DNA of 64,000 nucleotides from an uncultured Gammaproteobacteria bacterium (GCA_963725255.1 CAVRXV010000004.1:27322-91321), one strand, 5' to 3'; positions 45,235 to 56,013 are shown, counted from the stretch's first letter. Notes: generated by a model from the sequence alone, not told the origin. Numbers and translations: made by a program.

Positions 45235-47370
45235 GTGTCAGTGAACGGAGAAGCTCGAAGTCAAGATAAATTGTTGGCTTGTTTAGAGGCAGTTTGTGGA
45301 ATTTTAGGTGCGCGCTTTTCAGCAGAGGCAGCGCTTGCAGGGCTACCACTTACCAATGGTATATTAGCTCCTTCGCTGATGCAGCGAGCTGGTGAGCAAG
45401 TGGGAGTAGAGGCAAGACTTGAGCAGATAGAATTTGAAGCCTTAGCTGAAATTGAGTTGCCTGCAATATTAATTCTCAAAGACAATGATGCTGTGGTTCT
45501 TACTAAATCATCAGAGCTGAAAAAATTTGATATTTTGAAATCTGATGACATCCATAAAACTGTTTCAATTTCAAAAGAAGATTTATCTCGCATTTATGGT
45601 GGTTACGCTATTTTAACCTCACCAGTCGTGAAACTTGAAGAAAGGTCAGAAGGGTTAGTCGATATCAAAAAACCTTCTTGGTTCTGGAAGGTATTATATA
45701 AAAATAGGAGACTCTATATACACGTGTTGATTGCTGCTTTTCTGACCAATTTATTTGTGTTAGTTGCACCGTTATTTGTTATGAATGTGTATGATCGGGT
45801 TGTGCCTAACCAAGCCATGACAACGCTCTGGGTATTAGCGATTGGCGCGATGATTTTCTTCGCATTTGATTTCGTCGCTCGTATGTTACGTCATTATTTA
45901 ATCGATATGGCAGGGCGCAATGCTGATAAAGAATTATCAGCTATGTTATTCGGACAAGTGATGGGTTTGCGTTTGGCTAATAAGCCAACATCAACGGGAA
46001 CAATTGCTTATTATTTTACTGAATTCGAAGCATTGCAGGATTTTTTCACCTCCGCAACTTTTGTGGGTTTGATTGATATCCCATTTATATTTCTTTATTT
46101 ACTTGTTGTGTGGTTAATAGGTGGATATTTAGTCTTGATTCCATTATTTGCTATTCCTATAACCATAATTTTAGCTTATTTGCTTGAGGTGCCGAGTCGT
46201 AATGCGATTAAAGATATTCTTACAGGCGCCACTTTTCGTCAAGCGATGTTGGTTGAATCGGTAACCGGAATAGAATCAATTAAATCTCTAAGTGCTGAGG
46301 GCATTATGCAACAACGCTGGGAGAACAGTGTTGCGAAAACCAGTGAGGCAGCGAGCGTTTCACGATTTTATTCTGCACTAACTATGAATTTAACGGTGTG
46401 GATGCAACAAGTGGTTGTTGTTGCCATTGTAATCGCGGGTGTATATCTCATTACAACAGGAAGTTTAACAGTCGGTGGTCTAATCGCTTGCACAATTTTG
46501 GCAGGTCGATCCATGATGTTAGGTCAGGTCTCAGGGCTGTTAAATCGTTTGGAACGTTCACGAGCTGCTTTGCAAGGTTTAAACCGCATCATGAATTTGC
46601 CGACTGATAGAACTGTGCGTAAAACTTTTTTACAACGCCCTAAATTAAAAGGCAATATCAATTTTGAAAACGTCACATTTTTCTACCCAAATGAACGCAT
46701 TGCTGCATTGGATAAAATTAATTTTCAAATTAAGGCAGGTGAGAGAGTAGGGATAGTTGGGAAAATTGGTGCAGGTAAAAGTACCTTATTGAAATTAATA
46801 AACGGACTTTATGCTCCCACTCAAGGATTTTTACGTATTGATGGAACAGATAATACTGAAATTGATCCCGTTGATTTGCGTCATAATATTCAATACGTTT
46901 CATCGGATAGTATTCTTTTTTACGGAACGATTCGAGAAAATATTGCCATGGGTAATCCACGTGCAACTGATGATGAAATTCTTCAAGCAGCGTGTATGGC
47001 AGGTGTTGATAAGATTGTGCAAATTCATCCTTCTGGTTACGACATGCCCGTTGGTGAACGTGGACAATTACTTTCAAGTGGTCAACGACAAGCTGTAGCG
47101 TTAGCGAGAGCGCTCTTAGCAAAAGCCTCGGTTTTAATGCTCGATGAACCTACAGGCGCAGTTGATAACGGGTTTGAACAAGATTTTATGAAAGCGTTGC
47201 CTCCGTATTTGGAAGGCAAAACATTGATTGTCGTCACGCACCGCGCCTCTGTTTTAGATTTAGTGGATAGAGTGCTTGTGGTTGATGGAGGTCGCTTAGT
47301 GGCTGATGGACCTAAAGCATTAGTGCTTGAGAAATTGTTAAAGCCAGCTGAAACAAAGCCGGCGCAATAA
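45235..47370 (+). CDS. Type I secretion ABC transporter ATPase/permease with N-terminal C39-like domain
   Basis: GTG start. ~130-aa N-terminal domain, 6 TM segments, Walker A GKIGAGKST, signature LSSGQRQ, Walker B LMLDEP. Confidence 0.9.
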   Translation: MSVNGEARSQDKLLACLEAVCGILGARFSAEAALAGLPLTNGILAPSLMQRAGEQVGVEARLEQIEFEALAEIELPAILILKDNDAVVLTKSSELKKFDILKSDDIHKTVSISKEDLSRIYGGYAILTSPVVKLEERSEGLVDIKKPSWFWKVLYKNRRLYIHVLIAAFLTNLFVLVAPLFVMNVYDRVVPNQAMTTLWVLAIGAMIFFAFDFVARMLRHYLIDMAGRNADKELSAMLFGQVMGLRLANKPTSTGTIAYYFTEFEALQDFFTSATFVGLIDIPFIFLYLLVVWLIGGYLVLIPLFAIPITIILAYLLEVPSRNAIKDILTGATFRQAMLVESVTGIESIKSLSAEGIMQQRWENSVAKTSEAASVSRFYSALTMNLTVWMQQVVVVAIVIAGVYLITTGSLTVGGLIACTILAGRSMMLGQVSGLLNRLERSRAALQGLNRIMNLPTDRTVRKTFLQRPKLKGNINFENVTFFYPNERIAALDKINFQIKAGERVGIVGKIGAGKSTLLKLINGLYAPTQGFLRIDGTDNTEIDPVDLRHNIQYVSSDSILFYGTIRENIAMGNPRATDDEILQAACMAGVDKIVQIHPSGYDMPVGERGQLLSSGQRQAVALARALLAKASVLMLDEPTGAVDNGFEQDFMKALPPYLEGKTLIVVTHRASVLDLVDRVLVVDGGRLVADGPKALVLEKLLKPAETKPAQ

Positions 47371-47382
47371 GGAGTTGTTCAT

Positions 47383-48627
47383 ATGAATACTGACAAGGAA
47401 AATCCTGCAGATCTTAATGAGAAATCATCTGAGAAAAAAGAAACCCAGATGGATTATATTGCAGATAGTCAAAGCAGTGTTTATCGGCATGTGCCGCAAA
47501 AAGCGGCCAATGCACTTTACTTGCTTTTGGTTGTAATTATCGTCACTTTTATTTGGGCTTTTTTTGCAAAATTAAATGTTTCAACAAACGCAAACGGAAA
47601 AATTGTAGCCTCATCGCAAATCCAAGCAGTTCAACATCTTGAAGGTGGGATAGTTAACAAGATTGAAGTAAAAGAAGGGGACCATGTTAAAAAGGGTCAG
47701 GTTTTATTTGTTTTAGATGATACGCGTTTTGCTTCTGAGTATCAGGAAGGATTAACGAAATTAGCAGTACTTAAAGCCGATATCGCGCGATTAACGGCTA
47801 AAGTTGATGGGAAAGATAAGTTGGAATTTGATTCTGAATTTGAAAAATCATACCCAGAGCAAGTCGCACAAGCAAGAAAGTTTTTTGCTCGTGATAAAGA
47901 GGCTTTTGATAATAATGTTGCATTGCTCAATAAACAATATCAATTATCGAAGAAAGAATTAAGTATTATGACGCCTCTAACAAAACAAGGTGTTGTATCA
48001 GAAGTCGAATTGCTTCGTTTGCAACGTCAAGCGGTTTCATTGCAACAAGCAATACAGGATAAGAAAAATACAGAAATTGATCAGGCTCGAGAACAATTAA
48101 ATAAAGCTCAAGGTGATTATTCTGTTTTTCAAGCGACTATTTCTGAATCCAAAGATAAAATGGTTCGTTCAGTTATTAAATCACCCACAAACGGTATTGT
48201 TAATCAAATCTACGTGACTACCGTTGGCGAAGTCGTAAAACCGGGCGAGACAGTGTGCGAAATAGTGCCTATCGAAGATGAATTAACAGTACAAGCGTAT
48301 GTCAGACCTTCTGATATCGGATTTATTTCGGTTGGTCAAAAGGCTATGGTTAAAGTGAGTGCTTATGATTACTCCATTTATGGTGGATTGGATGCCACTG
48401 TACAAAACATTGGCGCTGATGCCATAAAAGATAAACAAGATAATAGCTTTTATGAAGTGAAATTACGCACGAAAAAATCGTACCTTAAGGGGAGAGACAA
48501 CAAAAAATTAATCCTGATTCCTGGTATGACAGTCACAGTCAGTATTCTCACGGGTGAAAAAACGGTGCTAAGCTATATTCTAAAACCGTTTACCAAGGCA
48601 AGAGAAACGGCTATGCAAGAGCGTTAA
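47383..48627 (+). CDS. HlyD-family type I secretion membrane fusion protein
   Basis: Single N-terminal TM segment, long coiled-coil, and lipoyl/beta-barrel motifs (SPTNGIVNQIYVTTVGEVVKPGE). Confidence 0.9.
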   Translation: MNTDKENPADLNEKSSEKKETQMDYIADSQSSVYRHVPQKAANALYLLLVVIIVTFIWAFFAKLNVSTNANGKIVASSQIQAVQHLEGGIVNKIEVKEGDHVKKGQVLFVLDDTRFASEYQEGLTKLAVLKADIARLTAKVDGKDKLEFDSEFEKSYPEQVAQARKFFARDKEAFDNNVALLNKQYQLSKKELSIMTPLTKQGVVSEVELLRLQRQAVSLQQAIQDKKNTEIDQAREQLNKAQGDYSVFQATISESKDKMVRSVIKSPTNGIVNQIYVTTVGEVVKPGETVCEIVPIEDELTVQAYVRPSDIGFISVGQKAMVKVSAYDYSIYGGLDATVQNIGADAIKDKQDNSFYEVKLRTKKSYLKGRDNKKLILIPGMTVTVSILTGEKTVLSYILKPFTKARETAMQER

Positions 48628-48863
48628 TAGCCTAGGAAAAGTGTCAGATCTAAGATCAATACTTTTATTGACTTACTGTGTAGCTTTAAAGAATCTGCTA
48701 GTCGATTAGCCATTATTTCCATGAGGGTATGAGTCAATAATTGCCATTTCCACGTCCCGATTTAGCATGAATTGGTGAGCTCTTTGTAGTTTGGAGGTTT
48801 TGAATTCACCGTGTTAAACTCACCTTTTTGGGTTAATCAATAAAACATTAAGGATGAGACATC

Positions 48864-49784
48864 ATGTGGTTTAAAAATGTTCAATTGTTTCAATTTCAAG
48901 AGCCGTTTCGGTTGAATGCACAACAACTCGAAGAAAAATTATCAGAAAATGTTCTGCAGCATTGCGGACGAACGCAATTATCGAGTTATGGGTGGGTGAG
49001 CCCATTTGGTGATGAGCACTCTCCTCTGGTGCATGCGTGTGAAAATCGTTTGCTATTCATGGCCGCTAAAGAAGAGAAAATTCTACCCGCTGCTGTTGTC
49101 AACGAAGCGCTTCAAGCTAAAATTGCAGAACTCGAAGCGTCTGGGCAGGGTGAGTTATCAAAACGTCAAAAACGTGACTTGCGAGAAGAAATTCAATTCA
49201 CGATGTTGGCGCAAGCTTTTGTCAGAACTCGACGAACCGCGGCTTATATTGATCCTAAGCTTGGGTTATTGATAATTGATAGTTCGAGTCGACCACGTGC
49301 AGAAGAATTGACAGTATTGTTGCGAAAAAGTTTAGGTAGTTTAAAAATTCAAGCATTGAAAACCGAATTAGATCCTAAACAGGTAATGTCTGAATGGGTA
49401 CTGAAACAACAATATCCCGATGAAATAGAAATGGCGGATAGTTGTGAAATGTTAGCCACAGAAAAAGATAAAGGGATCATTAAATGTCAAAAACAAGATC
49501 TTAGTGCAAAAGAAGTTGCTAATCATCTTCAATCCGGAAAACATATTACGCGACTTGCGCTTCGTTGGGCGAGTAAACTTGCGTGTGTTTTTCATGAAGA
49601 TTTAAGTATTAAGAGCATTAAATTTTTGGATGTCATAAAAGAACGTCTTGAAGAGATAGAGGCAGAAACTCGTGCTGAAAGAATCGATGCAGATTTTGCT
49701 TTGATGTCAGCTGAATTTTCGGCGCTTATTAACGATATGATGATAATGTTTGGTGGGTTGGTGGAAGAAAAAGTTGCTGCTTAA
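48864..49784 (+). CDS. rdgC: Recombination-associated protein RdgC
   Basis: MWFKNVQLFQF N-terminus, ~306 aa. Confidence 0.9.
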   Translation: MWFKNVQLFQFQEPFRLNAQQLEEKLSENVLQHCGRTQLSSYGWVSPFGDEHSPLVHACENRLLFMAAKEEKILPAAVVNEALQAKIAELEASGQGELSKRQKRDLREEIQFTMLAQAFVRTRRTAAYIDPKLGLLIIDSSSRPRAEELTVLLRKSLGSLKIQALKTELDPKQVMSEWVLKQQYPDEIEMADSCEMLATEKDKGIIKCQKQDLSAKEVANHLQSGKHITRLALRWASKLACVFHEDLSIKSIKFLDVIKERLEEIEAETRAERIDADFALMSAEFSALINDMMIMFGGLVEEKVAA

Positions 49785-49893
49785 GCAGTACTCCTTAAAA
49801 TGAACTATACTGAGTTGGGGATTATGCTTTTTGATTGATGATTTTGGACGTTGTTCAAATTCATCAGTCAACAAACAGGGAAGAGGACCATTA

Positions 49894-50829
49894 ATGGCAA
49901 ACATTATTCGACCATTGCATGTAGTGACTCCTACTATCCAATCGATGCCCCTGCAAAAACTAACGGGCCAGTCCATTTTTTTAAAGATGGAATGTTATCA
50001 GCCTGTAGGCTCATTCAAAATACGTGGCTTAGGAAGATTGGCTCAACATTATATTGCTCAAGGTTACACTCAGCTGGTTTCGTCTTCTGGGGGTAATGCG
50101 GGTGTTGCTGCGGCCTATATTGGATGGCGATTGGGTGTGAAGGTCAAAGTTTTTTTACCTACGACGAGTAATGCGTTATTTGTTGATGCGATAAAGCGTT
50201 ACGGCGCTGAAGTCGTGGTTGCAGGGGATGTTTGGGATGAGGCTAATGCGGCAGCCATGCGCTCACTAGAATCTGAACCCGCAGGATTTATTCCACCGTT
50301 TGATCATCCTTTGATTTGGGCTGGTCATTCTACTCTTATCGATGAAGTTGCAGCAGAAGGAATCAGGCCAGAGGCTGTCGTTGTTGCCGTCGGTGGGGGT
50401 GGCTTAGCGTGCGGTGTCCTAACCGGGCTTCACAATTATGGTTGGTATGATATTCCTGTGTTTACCGTTGAAACAACGGGTACGGCATCATTTAAAGCTT
50501 CAATAGATGCTGGTGAACTTGTTACTTTGCCAAAAGTGTCTGGTATAGCGACTTCTCTGGCGGCAAAACGAGTCACGCAAAGGCTGTTTGATTTTTCTAA
50601 AGAACATAAAATAATTCCATTGGTAGTGACTGATGAAGATACCATAGTAGCGTGTCGTTCATTTTTGAATGATCATCATGTGTTGTTAGAACCAGCAAGT
50701 GGCGCTCCTCTTTCTGTTGTTTATCAGAAAAACTCTGCTTTAACAGAATATAAATCAATATTAGTGATAGTTTGTGGTGGCATTGGAATGTCCTTGGAGA
50801 AATTGATCGACCTCAGTATGCCATCATAA
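49894..50829 (+). CDS. PLP-dependent L-serine/L-threonine dehydratase
   Basis: Start moved to ATG 49894 (AAGAGGA upstream). PLP-lysine motif SFKIRG, plus SSGGNAG and GGGGL loops. Confidence 0.85.
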   Translation: MANIIRPLHVVTPTIQSMPLQKLTGQSIFLKMECYQPVGSFKIRGLGRLAQHYIAQGYTQLVSSSGGNAGVAAAYIGWRLGVKVKVFLPTTSNALFVDAIKRYGAEVVVAGDVWDEANAAAMRSLESEPAGFIPPFDHPLIWAGHSTLIDEVAAEGIRPEAVVVAVGGGGLACGVLTGLHNYGWYDIPVFTVETTGTASFKASIDAGELVTLPKVSGIATSLAAKRVTQRLFDFSKEHKIIPLVVTDEDTIVACRSFLNDHHVLLEPASGAPLSVVYQKNSALTEYKSILVIVCGGIGMSLEKLIDLSMPS

Positions 50830-50830
50830 A

Positions 50831-51448
50831 CTACATTGCAGGGCGCACTATTTGACTGTGAGACTCCGTTGCAACCTGTATGGTGTTTACAGTTGCGGTT
50901 GATTTTTTTGCTTTGACCTCTTTTAGTTTGCTCTCTGTTTCAGCAACAAGTTTTTCATGAAGCGATTCCATCTCTTTTAAAATAAAATCATTTTCGATGC
51001 GTAAGCGAGCATTTTCTTCGCGCAAAGCCGTTACTGTTTTTTGAAGAGTTTCACACGACTGTTGTAATCGATAGATTTCAAGTTGCAGAGGTTCGATCAA
51101 TTCTTTTTGCTTCACTAAATAATGTTCGTGAAGCTGAGTCATTTGCCCAATATGTATCGATTGGATAGAGAATTCATCCGAGGTGACAACTTTTTCAAGC
51201 TGCGAGAGCAATCTATTGTGGTAAGTATACGGCGCTATCGTCCGCCAGAAAGACGAAGTTGATCCAATGTAATTTAATAAATAATGTCTAATTTGGAGAG
51301 CATCCGTCGTTTTTTTAACTCGTTCGGCAATGATTTGGATCTCATCGGCAATTTCTTTTGGTGCGTGATTGTAGGAGATAAAGTTAAGCTCAAGATATTT
51401 TTTCATTTCACCCAAAATGGCTAAGATGAATTTAGTGCGGATATCCAT
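50831..51448 (-). CDS. Hypothetical coiled-coil protein (orphan)
   Basis: 205 aa with a heptad-like C-terminal half. Lies 10 nt downstream of the 701-aa orphan on the same strand. Confidence 0.55.
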   Translation of the reverse strand: MDIRTKFILAILGEMKKYLELNFISYNHAPKEIADEIQIIAERVKKTTDALQIRHYLLNYIGSTSSFWRTIAPYTYHNRLLSQLEKVVTSDEFSIQSIHIGQMTQLHEHYLVKQKELIEPLQLEIYRLQQSCETLQKTVTALREENARLRIENDFILKEMESLHEKLVAETESKLKEVKAKKSTATVNTIQVATESHSQIVRPAM

Positions 51449-51458
51449 GGAATTCTCC

Positions 51459-53564
51459 TTATTGTTTCAGTGTTTCAAGAGGAGCGCTAGGCTCAATGTG
51501 TTTTTCAGGGTGCTGTGAATTGAATACTGCTGAATGGGCTATGATATTTTGTGCCACTTTACCTATGCCGTTATCAAAGCTTGCAATGTAACTTCGGCAT
51601 TTGAGTTGATATAAAAACCAAAAATTCCCATTTGACCGCAGTGAGGTCAGGTCTTTTATGCGAGAGCTGATGTGTTCGGGTGAATATTTCAGAAGCAATT
51701 GTTCAATGGCAAGGTATTTCGTATGATATTTTTCATATTCGGCGAAAGTTTTTATACTTGCGCAATGTCTGATGAGTTGTGTAAATAATTCATTGTTAGC
51801 TATCGCTAAAGCTCGTTGTTTATCAGGAGAATTAGCCTGCATTGTGGATTGCATGGTATTTTTTATACCGAGTATCATTTCATCAAAATTTTCCTTGTCT
51901 AATTCCATCAATTTAATAGTGGTAATCAAATCGAATAGTGAGCTATCAACTTTATTTTGTGAGGTGAAAGTCTCGTCAAAAGGATTTTTTGAAGGTGGAG
52001 TTTCCGTGCATTCAGGCTCGATTTTTTTCTCGCCAAAAGGGTTGTAAGAATGATTTTGAGGCGATGTTGTTAAATCGTGTAATTTTTTGGGGTCTTCTTT
52101 TTGATTGGGAGGTGTCGTAATTGATTTTTTGATTTCTAATAATTTTGATTTTACAACGTAAAATCGTTCACAATCTTCTTGTGAGATGGTAGTGGTGTGG
52201 ATTGATCGTGTTATTTCATTGATGAGTTGTAATATGACTTTGAGATCGACCCCCAAGTTTTTTTTGTCCTCATAATGGCTGAATATCTTTTCAAGTATAG
52301 ATATCTTCTTTTTAGTGATATCTATATTGGATTCAGTGAAGTAGCTAGACCATTCCACAGTGAAGATTACCGTGTAATAGTGGAAGAATTTCTGTAGCCC
52401 GCTGAAGTTTTTATCTAGCATTTCCTTATTCGCGGTTTCTAATTTACCTTCTAATGATTTTAGATGTTCTAGAATCTCGGATATTCTATCAATCTCGACT
52501 GGATGTTTTGATAGTGAGCGAAGGCTAGAGAAAAGCCATAGATTTTTTTCCATAAATTGATAACGGAAATTACGGTAGACAAAAATGCCAGGAAACCACG
52601 GTTGCGAATCTGGGACTAACCTTCTTTTATAGAATGACGCTGGAACTAATATCATGGATTTATTGTTTCTCCAGGCGATATACTCATCATCACAAGTGAA
52701 AATGCCTAAATTGCATAGTGATAATCGTTGTGTATCGTTTCCATTTTTAAGGATATATTCTATAAACTTTTGAAAATATTCTGGAGATAAATCATTGCGT
52801 TGTGCTTGCGGTATTTCAAAATCTTGAATAACTAAACCAGTATTATGCAAGAATTGTGTAGTGTAATGAATATGATCTCCGTAGGTAATGTTGTTTGTTG
52901 CTGCAGCAAGTTGCAATCTGATGAGCATGACTTGACTTAGCTCAATTCTAAAATCTATTATTTTCTTTCTTTCATTCTCTAAGTACTCCTCGTAATCGGA
53001 AGAGATAATTTTAGGAATTTTTCGCCTATGTTGACGATATTCAGATGTCGCATAGCGATGGTATTGCTCGAAAAAATCCGCAATATTATTGGCGACAAAC
53101 CATAAGGCGTCGGCATTATGAGCAGCGTAATGGGTCTCATCAGAAAGCCATTGTTGTTTTAAAGGCAATAACTTACTTTTTTCTCGTGATGAATTAGGAT
53201 TTGAGAGAATCTCATTCCACGTTCCTTGGCTTTTTAGCTGTTTTTGTTGCTCTAAATACCAAGGGTGTAGGTTATTTGTTTTAGGGGTTCCATTTAATTG
53301 ATACACTGAAAAATGGGCGCCTTCGTGGTCTTTATCATAAAGCTGCTTGATAACAGTGCCTAGAAAATTAGCTTCTTTTGAGCTAAAAGATTCGGCCCCT
53401 AGGTTTCTTGAATGTTTAAAAAGATCGAGTGCGGATTTGAATGCGCGAATGCATTCAGGGGATAATGCTCGGAGAAAATCAAAATCGCTGCGTTTGAATG
53501 TTGTACCTTCAGTTAGGTTGTGTCTTGTTATATGATGATCTAGGTCAAAGGGCGAGAATTTCAT
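51459..53564 (-). CDS. Hypothetical 701-aa protein (orphan)
   Basis: Long uninterrupted ORF with no recognisable motifs. Confidence 0.6.
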   Translation of the reverse strand: MKFSPFDLDHHITRHNLTEGTTFKRSDFDFLRALSPECIRAFKSALDLFKHSRNLGAESFSSKEANFLGTVIKQLYDKDHEGAHFSVYQLNGTPKTNNLHPWYLEQQKQLKSQGTWNEILSNPNSSREKSKLLPLKQQWLSDETHYAAHNADALWFVANNIADFFEQYHRYATSEYRQHRRKIPKIISSDYEEYLENERKKIIDFRIELSQVMLIRLQLAAATNNITYGDHIHYTTQFLHNTGLVIQDFEIPQAQRNDLSPEYFQKFIEYILKNGNDTQRLSLCNLGIFTCDDEYIAWRNNKSMILVPASFYKRRLVPDSQPWFPGIFVYRNFRYQFMEKNLWLFSSLRSLSKHPVEIDRISEILEHLKSLEGKLETANKEMLDKNFSGLQKFFHYYTVIFTVEWSSYFTESNIDITKKKISILEKIFSHYEDKKNLGVDLKVILQLINEITRSIHTTTISQEDCERFYVVKSKLLEIKKSITTPPNQKEDPKKLHDLTTSPQNHSYNPFGEKKIEPECTETPPSKNPFDETFTSQNKVDSSLFDLITTIKLMELDKENFDEMILGIKNTMQSTMQANSPDKQRALAIANNELFTQLIRHCASIKTFAEYEKYHTKYLAIEQLLLKYSPEHISSRIKDLTSLRSNGNFWFLYQLKCRSYIASFDNGIGKVAQNIIAHSAVFNSQHPEKHIEPSAPLETLKQ

Positions 53565-53706
53565 GGTATCCTCCGATTGTTGAGTGGTTAAAACGAGGCA
53601 GATCTATTCATCGAGTTGGCATTAGGATAAACTCACTTTTTTGGTATCGCGTTGCGTAGTAATACGAACTTGATTTTTTTGAATTCAGCGATATACGGTT
53701 AGAGAG

Positions 53707-54369
53707 ATGTTAAAAAAGGTCATTAGGAAGATTAAGATGTCATTATTTGAATCACGCGTTCGACGTGTGGATGAAATGGTAGCCAAATTATATGCTGGTG
53801 AAGAAAGCCCCTATTATATTTCTGTGCACTTCCGTGAAGAAAATCACATAGAAGGCGAACAGTTCACATACGGTGAAATTGTAATCCCCTCTTTTGCGCA
53901 GTTGTTAAGTTTAACTGCACCTGCATCGGGTGAGGTTTTTTACGATTTAGGGTGCGGGGCAGGTAAAGCAGTGTTTTGTGCGTCACTTTGTTTTCCTTTT
54001 TTGAAGGCAAGAGGCGTGGAGTTACTGCCCCCCATGTTCGAGTTTTGCTTAAAATTAAAAAATCGATTTATTCAACTCATTTCAGAAGATAATTTTTTTC
54101 AAAAAAATGTGGCAGATGTTGAGTTTATTGAAGGTGATTTTATGCAGGTTGATTTTTCTGATGGAAATATTTTCTTTTTAAATGCAACCTGTTTTCGTGA
54201 TGATGATTGGAATAAGCTCATCTCAAAATTATCTCAGTTGCCCATAGGAGTTCGTTTAATTATCGGTTCACGTCATCTCGAGAGTGATGTTTTTGAGCTA
54301 ATAGAAAGTGGAACATATGCGATGAGTTGGGGATTTAGCTCTGTTTTTATTTATCGAAAAACGCAATAA
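53707..54369 (+). CDS. Class I SAM-dependent methyltransferase
   Basis: Motif I VFYDLGCGAGKAV, followed by an acidic post-I residue (GVE). An alternative start at 53737 is possible. Confidence 0.7.
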   Translation: MLKKVIRKIKMSLFESRVRRVDEMVAKLYAGEESPYYISVHFREENHIEGEQFTYGEIVIPSFAQLLSLTAPASGEVFYDLGCGAGKAVFCASLCFPFLKARGVELLPPMFEFCLKLKNRFIQLISEDNFFQKNVADVEFIEGDFMQVDFSDGNIFFLNATCFRDDDWNKLISKLSQLPIGVRLIIGSRHLESDVFELIESGTYAMSWGFSSVFIYRKTQ

Positions 54370-54372
54370 CAT

Positions 54373-55269
54373 TTAGTCTGCATGATTTTCGGTATGCTCA
54401 GATAGAGCATCGGTAAAAACTCTGTCTTTGATTCCGTCATCATGACAATAAGGACATAAGCCATTACAGGTTTCTTGTTCTTTGGCGGAAATAGGTGTGC
54501 GGCAGGCATTGCATTGTATGGTTTTTGTCTCGCTTAGAGTGTTGTCAACCGTAATTCTCTTGTCAAACACAAAGCATTCACCGTCGTAATAATTCCCACC
54601 ACATTTTTCGAAATATTTTAATATTCCACCATCGAGTTGGTAGACTTGTTTAAAACCTTCTTTCAACATTAACGCAGCAGCTTTTTCGCAGCGAATTCCA
54701 CCTGTGCATAAAGTGACAATAGGAACATCTGAATTTTTAAGTTCGGATATTTTTTTGAGCGCTTCTGGAAACTGGTGAAATTTGCGAATGTTGAGATCGA
54801 TAGCGTCTTTGAATGTACCTGAGCTAATTTCATAGTCGTTACGTGTGTCGAGAACTATCATTTCTTTACCTTCCGCATACCATTGTTTGAATTCTTCAGC
54901 ATCAAGATGAGGTGCGGTAAATTTTTCTGGCTCTATGTTTGGCATTCCCATCTTAATAATTTCTGGTTTTATTTTAACGAGCATCCGTGTAAAAGGTGCT
55001 TGTTCAGAAGGGCTTTCTTTGAATTGAATATCTTTAAAATAATCGTAAGATGTGAGTTTGTTGTGGACTGCTCGAATTTGTTCATGAGTTCCTGAAACAA
55101 AAAGGTTAATTCCTTCAGTAGCCAGTAATATCGATCCTTTTAGCCCATTTTCTCGAGTGTAGTGCAAAAGTTCTGTTCGCAGTGCTTCGAGCTGATCGAG
55201 AGATAAGCTCACAAATTTATAGCTGGATATGTTGATCATTGTTGCTGTCATCGTTTTCTCGCAGTGCAT
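54373..55269 (-). CDS. trhO: Rhodanese-domain tRNA uridine(34) hydroxylase (UPF0176/YceA)
   Basis: Rhodanese active-site loop CTGGIRCEK and a C-terminal Cys cluster. The start could be 55251. Confidence 0.85.
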   Translation of the reverse strand: MHCEKTMTATMINISSYKFVSLSLDQLEALRTELLHYTRENGLKGSILLATEGINLFVSGTHEQIRAVHNKLTSYDYFKDIQFKESPSEQAPFTRMLVKIKPEIIKMGMPNIEPEKFTAPHLDAEEFKQWYAEGKEMIVLDTRNDYEISSGTFKDAIDLNIRKFHQFPEALKKISELKNSDVPIVTLCTGGIRCEKAAALMLKEGFKQVYQLDGGILKYFEKCGGNYYDGECFVFDKRITVDNTLSETKTIQCNACRTPISAKEQETCNGLCPYCHDDGIKDRVFTDALSEHTENHAD

Positions 55270-55407
55270 TGAACAATCACAATAGTTTAGTCGATTCGCG
55301 CGTGCTTATCTATAGCCTCTTCAGTCATTGAAGAATAGTTGTAGAAAGTCCGCGGGTAGGCTAGTATTGGCCCCTATTGTCTATGGACCATAAGTAGGGA
55401 GACACGA

Positions 55408-56013
55408 ATGGCAAAAAATAAATGGATAGTCGCTTTTTCTGCATTATTTGCAGCTTTTTTTTCTGCTCAATCATTTTCTTACTATGATGCTTCTGGCGTG
55501 AATGTAGGGCTTCAGTTCGGATATGGTAATACGGCCTATAATAAAGCATTGTTCCCAGGATTGGATATTAGAGAAGATGGCATTGCCGGTCGGATCTATC
55601 TTGGAGATCAATTTAATCCCTATGTCGGTTTAGAGTTAGGTGCGGCTGTGTATTCGGAGACAGATTTAACACATGATACGGGCCGAATTCGTACTGAGCA
55701 GTTGGATCTTCTTTTGAGATTGGGAGGTCCCATCCCTTGCAGTCGTTTTCGAGTGGATTTAAAGCTTGGGGCTGCTGTTATGTTTGTTGATATCGATCCA
55801 ACCGATGTTGGAAGAGCTATGGGCATTCCTAGGGAGTTTTCAACAGAAACAAGGCCCGCAGCAGGTATCAGTGTCGCGTATAATTTTAATAGAAATATTG
55901 CGATAGATGTTTCTTATCTTCATGTGTTTGGTAATCGAAAGAGCGATTCGCATCAAGCGCCTAACGGTGATTTAGCTACGTTAGGTCTTAGCTTTTTCTT
56001 TCCAATTGGATAG
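55408..56013 (+). CDS. Small outer-membrane beta-barrel protein
   Basis: Signal peptide (AALFAAFFSAQS), alternating-hydrophobic strands, and an aromatic-rich C-terminal strand. Confidence 0.7.
   Translation: MAKNKWIVAFSALFAAFFSAQSFSYYDASGVNVGLQFGYGNTAYNKALFPGLDIREDGIAGRIYLGDQFNPYVGLELGAAVYSETDLTHDTGRIRTEQLDLLLRLGGPIPCSRFRVDLKLGAAVMFVDIDPTDVGRAMGIPREFSTETRPAAGISVAYNFNRNIAIDVSYLHVFGNRKSDSHQAPNGDLATLGLSFFFPIG

Noticed and set aside
46730-47122. Overlapping plus- and minus-strand ORFs inside the ABC transporter gene
   Set aside because: They lie within the nucleotide-binding domain coding region, which has canonical Walker and signature motifs. They are frame artefacts.
53707-54369. Idea that the methyltransferase is a DOT1-like histone methyltransferase mimic
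   Set aside because: Only the generic class I motif I (DLGCGAGK) and the post-I acidic residue are visible. These do not discriminate DOT1 from ordinary bacterial methyltransferases.
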